From positions 2,251 to 36,164 of the forward strand of contig CAZRBF010000003.1 of assembly GCA_964598195.1 (NCBI GenBank): a stretch of DNA of 33,914 nt, in the 5' to 3' direction. Origin of the DNA: an uncultured Candidatus Peribacteria bacterium. Its GTDB lineage: Bacteria; Patescibacteriota; Gracilibacteria; BD1-5; UBA2023. The translations under genes were made by a program, and so were the position numbers. This document shows, piece by piece, positions 29,185-33,914 of this stretch. The number at the start of each line of letters is the position of its first letter. Position 1 is the stretch's first letter. Under the pieces are notes generated by a model. The model searched no databases, had not been told where the DNA came from, and worked only from the letters and a program-made list of their open reading frames with translations.

Positions 29185-30474
29185 ATGTCAATTAATCAAT
29201 ATTTTGTTCCAGAAGAAGCCACAAAAACAACGGGGCATTTTTATAGTAACCGCAATTCTTCTCCCATAGATATCATGGAAACACGTCTCTATGATTATAT
29301 GCAGAAGGCCCAATACCATCTTGTAAGTGAAGGTTTTATCTTTTCTGATGAAGATTTTCGTATCATTCAAAATTCATCAGCTTTTCTTGACTCTATCTTC
29401 AAAAATCAAACTCCGTGAGAAGAGGCAAATTTCTTTCCAAAAATCGTACCCTGACATCATGTTGTTAATGTTTTTTACAAAAAACCGGGGTCTGACGTGT
29501 TTACGCTTCAATTTGCAAATGCCGCATATCTCGATAAATTAGGTAAAAATCTTCCTGATGTTGTCGGTATTCGAGAAGATGATCTCATGAATCAACTCTA
29601 CAAATCAGATACAATAGATTCTATTAGACAAGCATCTAAACAGTGATACACGGCAAAATTCATAGAAATGGATAATATCAGCCTTAGTAAAGACGAAGAT
29701 ATTCCAGCTTTCTTTTGGTTTACTACAACTTATCCGTGCCCAAATAATTGCGGAACTTTGATGGTACGTATTGGAATGAATGGAACAGGTCTTAATCTGG
29801 AACAAAAAACAAAACTTACAAATCTCTACAAGCTCACCGATAGGCTCAGAAATGACTACATGAATGTCGTAAGCTATGCAAATCCATCTTCAGCATTACT
29901 CGTTCAACGTATTAATCAAAAATTGATGTGCACACTGGATGATGATTGTGCACCACTATTCTCCCTCATGGACATGACTGTCAAACTTTCTGAACTTATT
30001 ATGAACTTTAGTCCGCTTCCTGCTTCTATGGTAGATAAATCAGGAAAGATAACTCATATTAGCCCGGCATATGCCGCTGCTGTGGGATATAAAGAAAGTC
30101 AAATTAGGGATGAGCATTTTTTTGATAAAATATATCCAGGGGTCGAGGGAAGGCTTGTAAAAGAAAGCATTGCCGCATATATGAAAAATTGATACTATCC
30201 AGAAGGCTCGTCATTCATGCTCACTCGCGGAAAAGCATTTCGTCGACTAGAAGAACACATGGGAATTCCTCCTATTGATTGATTGGAACTTATACCAAAT
30301 ATTTATTCATTTATTGGTGGTGCTGCTCGATTAAATACAGTACGTCCATTGGCCCCAATCTCTTGATTTGGCAACCTTGCGGATACCCGTCCTATGGAGT
30401 ACTTTCCTGAAACAGAACCATCACCGCTTGAGAATAGGGCAGTGGCAGAATGGCTTAAGAATCAAAATTTATAA
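29185..30474 (+). CDS. PAS-domain protein (probably tandem PAS), no output domain
   Basis: Track ORFs 29185.. and 29668.. are in one frame with six in-frame TGA (429 aa). PAS-like SPLPASMVDKSGKITHISPAYAAAVGYKESQIRDEHFFDKIYPG. TAA at 30472-30474. Confidence 0.5.
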
Positions 30475-30515
30475 TAAATAGCACTGGATATTTTGTATGC
30501 TTAGAAAGAGGGGGG

Positions 30516-32582
30516 ATGTATCCCGATTCACGAAAAAACCGAATTAATAATAATTATCAATCAAGTCCCATGAAACAATTCCTTTCTTCATCAGTCCTTG
30601 CTACCGCCCTCACCATATCGTCTCCAAGCATGGGAAAAACCCCCGAGAGCATCCCTGGTACTCTCGGGGATAATCAGTCTACCACCCTTGTGGACAATAC
30701 GAACCAGAGAACAACACATACCTTGCGCGCAATGCCCGACTATTCGTCATTGGGATCACTCTGATTTGAAAAAAACTACACTGAAGTCCCTTCCAGAGAA
30801 GAACAAAAAGTTGCCATCGAATCAGGAGTGAGCAAGGCACAAGATATTCTCACTCACATGGAAAAAAAATGAGTGATTACTTCTGATGAAACTATTCTGG
30901 AAGAAGTTTTTCGCCAAGGAAAAGAACAGTCGACTCGTATTTTCCATAATCTTGACACACGTGAAGCTGGATCAAAGGAATGGTGGAAGGCACTCATAGA
31001 ATTGTTTGCTATCGTTAACTTCTTTACCCTGCTTCCATGGGCATATGGCCAAACTATTGCTGGAGCTAAAGATGGTACGGGGACTAAGGGTATTACTTTT
31101 GTTGCTTTTTCAGGATCAAACCTTGTGGGAATGGTTGCATCATTTCTCTCATGATCACCGCTCCTTGGGAGTGGATATGCTGTAGCCTTTGTCTCTGCGA
31201 TTAGAACGGTAAATGCACTTTCAAATAGAAAACAACTGAATGTGAGCTTGGCCATTGAACTAGAAGAAGCAAAACGAACTATCCAGGAGCTGACACAAAA
31301 AATGGCACATCAGGGCTTTACTATCATGGATGAAAATGGAAAACCGAGTTTTACAGTTCCGTATGAATACTTTACAAACAATATTCTGTTTTCAATATAT
31401 AACGAAGAATGAGAGCCACTATTTTTCTCTGATGCCTATCTCAAAGAGCTCAATTATACCATGAATGAGATTAGGGATTATTACAAAAAACATGGGGAGG
31501 TAAATTCTTTATTTTATCCAGAACCAGAAGCATTAGAACATGTAAAAGAACGTCTCGAGACCCTAAAGGATAAACCTGAGGGGTATACTGCGGATTTTCG
31601 ACCGAGACCAAAATGATGGGATCCAAAGAAAAAGAATGATAATGAGCTAGTATTGAGATTTCATACTGGTGCTCAAAAAATTTATCCAATAAATCCATTA
31701 TCACATCCAATTTATATTCGTCGTGCAGTAAATGTGAGTCAAGAATATAAGGAGCGTGCTGCTCAATGAATTGATGCTCTTACTGGTGAGGCAAATCGTA
31801 CTGGTTTTGAGGCATATTTTAACCAAAAAGTTCAGTGTATTGAACAAAGAAAATCAAACCTACAAACATTTCCCAAAAAAATAGCACTGGCATTTGGGGA
31901 TATAGACTTTTTCAAAAGAGTTAACGATTTATACCTTCATACGAATGCCGATATTATTCTCCGAGAGCTTGCTGCTTGTTTCCGTAGAAATCTCTATCCA
32001 GAAGATTGTGTTGCTCGTATTGGAGGAGATGAGTTTGGTGTTATCTGCGAATGAGCAACAAAAGAAAATCTCGCAAAAAAACTTACAGACATACGGAAGG
32101 AGTTCTCTTCTCTTGTTTTTCAAATAGAAAATGGGGTCATGACCAATATGATTTCCTGCAAAGATAAAAATGAAGCACAAAAGTTTGCTGATGCAATTAA
32201 TACCTTTGAATCTAAAAACGCTGGACGTTGTTTTATTTGAGGTATCTCATTTACTATGGGGGTAACAGGAATAGAAACCAAAGGCATAAATAGCAATGAG
32301 GATGCTTCTCTGTTACGAGCTAAACTCGAATTTGAAGCGGATACCGCTCTTAGTTACAGTAAAAAATTAAGGGATATTTTTCCGGAATGTGATTCGAGAA
32401 ATGCTGTTGCTTATTCTGAATTTAATAAAGATGGTAAGCTCTTAAGGATTAAAGTTCTCTATCATACAGGAGAAACAAAGATTATTGAATGACACGAAAC
32501 ATTTTCTAAGGCGGAAGAAAACATCGAAAAAAGTGTAAAAAAATCACTAGAGGAACGATACAATCAAGAAAAAGGGTCGTAA
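30516..32582 (+). CDS. Membrane-associated diguanylate cyclase (GGDEF domain)
   Basis: ATG at 30516 behind a GAGGGGGG SD. Track pieces 30516.., 30873.. and 32256.. are in one frame, joined by nine in-frame TGA (688 aa). Hydrophobic helices at about 30970-31200. GGDEF domain: IDALTGEANRTGFEAYF, ALAFGDIDFFKRVNDLY, ARIGGDEFGVICE. TAA at 32580-32582. An alternative start is Met at 30570. Confidence 0.8.
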
Positions 32583-32695
32583 TATTCGGTTTTACGGATA
32601 GGAGAAATATTTTCTCGAGTCTTTGGATCGAAAAATTTTGGATTTTTGCCTAAGATCGATATACTCATACATATCTCATCTTTTTTTCTCTGGAA

Positions 32696-33914
32696 ATGGC
32701 ACTTTACCAAACATACAGACCCAAAGATTTTCACTCGCTTTTCGGACAAACTTTTGTTCGAGAGGTTTTGCAGAATGCTCTTTTGCAAAACCGTACGGTT
32801 GGTGCCTATTTGTTTCATGGATCTCGAGGAACCGGAAAGACGACTGTCGCACGTATACTCGCAAAGTGAGTCAATTGTTTGTCACTTACCGTAGATGGAA
32901 ACCCGTGTGGAGAGTGTCAAAATTGTCGCGCATTTGATGATGGCAGTCTTCTTGATGTTATCGAGATCGATGCTGCTTCCAATACAGGAGTGGATAATAT
33001 CCGTGACATGATCGAGCGTGCCCAATTTCAGCCCACTCAAGCACCCTACAAGGTGTACATTATCGACGAGGTCCACATGCTTTCAAAGGGGGCTTTTAAT
33101 GCACTGCTGAAAACCTTGGAAGAACCACCAAAACACGTGAAGTTCATCCTCGCAACAACCGAAATTCACAAAATTCCCGATACGATCATCTCCCGTTCGC
33201 AAAGATTCGATTTCAAGAGAATTAAAAATGATGACATCATCACCCAACTCCACGCCATTGCTCACGCAGAAAAAATAGAGGTTGAGGAAGCAGGACTTGA
33301 GCTCATCGCAAGACTCGCAAAATGAGGGATGCGAGATGCTATAACCCTCTTTGAGCAGTATTCTGTCTGAGGAACTCTCAAACGAAAATATATCGAGGAG
33401 AACCTCGAACTCATTGGAGATGATTTTCTCTCCGATTTTGTCGAATCTCTTGTTTCAAGAAATAGTGACCGAGCGCTCAAAAATCTTGCGTTTCTTCGTG
33501 AAAAAAGCCTCGATGTACGACTCTTTCTCGAGCAGCTTCTCTTTTTTCTCCGCGATCAAATGAAGGAGTCTCTCAAAAAACCTACATTTGGCGGTTATGC
33601 ACACCTTTTCGAGACATTTGAAGGAATTTACGGACGACTCAAATACTCCCCAGATCCATTTCTCCTCTTAGAAACAAGTGTTTTCCGATGCATTGCATCT
33701 CATGACATTAAAGTGGCAAAGAATTTTCCTGAAGATGAAAAAAATGGCGCAGTAGCCACTCGTAATACCCCAAAAAAAGAAGAAAAAATAGATATTCCTC
33801 AATCTGTTCAAAAAACAGAGGAAAAAGCTTCCGAAGAAAAACCGACTACCGCATTTGACTTCAGTCGATTTGTTGAGCATATTCGAACGGTTCCAAAACG
33901 CTCTTTTGTCTGAC
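32696..33914 (+). CDS. dnaX: DNA polymerase III subunit gamma/tau; 3' end is outside the window
   Basis: ATG at 32696. Pieces 32879.. and 33560.. are in one frame with in-frame TGA at 32866, 33323, 33368 and 33911. YRPKDFHSLFGQ, LFHGSRGTGKTTVARILAK-G-VNC, Zn module CGECQNC, IIDEVHMLS, SRSQRFDF, LAK-G-GMRDAITL. Confidence 0.9.

Noticed and set aside
30561-30571. An 11-nt match (TCAAGTCCCAT) to the tRNA-Leu T-arm/att core, as a possible distal island boundary
   Set aside because: It lies inside the GGDEF coding sequence, and the match stops before the acceptor part. An island from 3145 to 30571 would contain recA, serS, gmk, lysS, murE and topA. I treat it as a chance match.
1-33914. In-frame TGA as pseudogenisation, selenocysteine, or TGA=Trp (table 4, Mollicutes-like)
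   Set aside because: There are too many TGA (about 90), and they occur in essential genes (recA, lysS, topA, dnaX, murE), so mass pseudogenisation is not credible. I saw no SECIS-like context, and the positions are not Cys/Sec sites. The TGA fall on conserved Gly of P-loops and known motifs, where Trp would not fit.
1-33914. CRISPR arrays, insertion sequences, integrases, prophage or defence-system gene sets
   Set aside because: Reading both strands, I found no spaced direct-repeat array and no transposase, integrase, Cas, restriction or abortive-infection-like motifs. The only mobile-element-like signals are the tRNA-Leu 3'-end repeats and RhuM.

Overview
This 33.9-kb window is a gene-dense chromosomal segment from a bacterium that reads TGA as glycine. 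That is NCBI translation table 25, the code of Gracilibacteria/BD1-5 and Absconditabacteria/SR1 in the Candidate Phyla Radiation. The supplied six-frame track treats TGA as stop, so almost every real gene is split into 2-10 pieces, and one gene is missing entirely. Reading through in-frame TGA (roughly 90 by my hand count) gives 31 continuous CDS. All 30 whose ends lie in the window stop at TAA (26) or TAG (4). Housekeeping genes are recA, serS, gmk, lysS, murE, topA, htpX and dnaX (3' partial). Other CDS are a GT4 glycosyltransferase (5' partial), MgtC/DUF4010, pirin, DUF1295, DUF2177, an FNR-like oxidoreductase, a SpoIIE/PP2C phosphatase, a VirB4-like ATPase, an S4-domain protein, an amidohydrolase, RhuM, three lipoproteins, a Kazal-like secreted protein, a 2-TM channel-like protein, two PAS proteins and a membrane GGDEF cyclase. 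There are two tRNA genes, Arg-TCG and Leu-GAG. The least explained stretch is directly 3' of tRNA-Leu. It holds two diverged tandem units of about 220 bp. Each unit is a terminator hairpin, then a multi-helix element of about 150 nt with compensatory base changes, then a copy of the tRNA-Leu 3' end. I saw no CRISPR array, transposase, integrase or rRNA. All coordinates and translations were worked out by hand from the sequence; homology calls rest on recognised motifs, not on searches.
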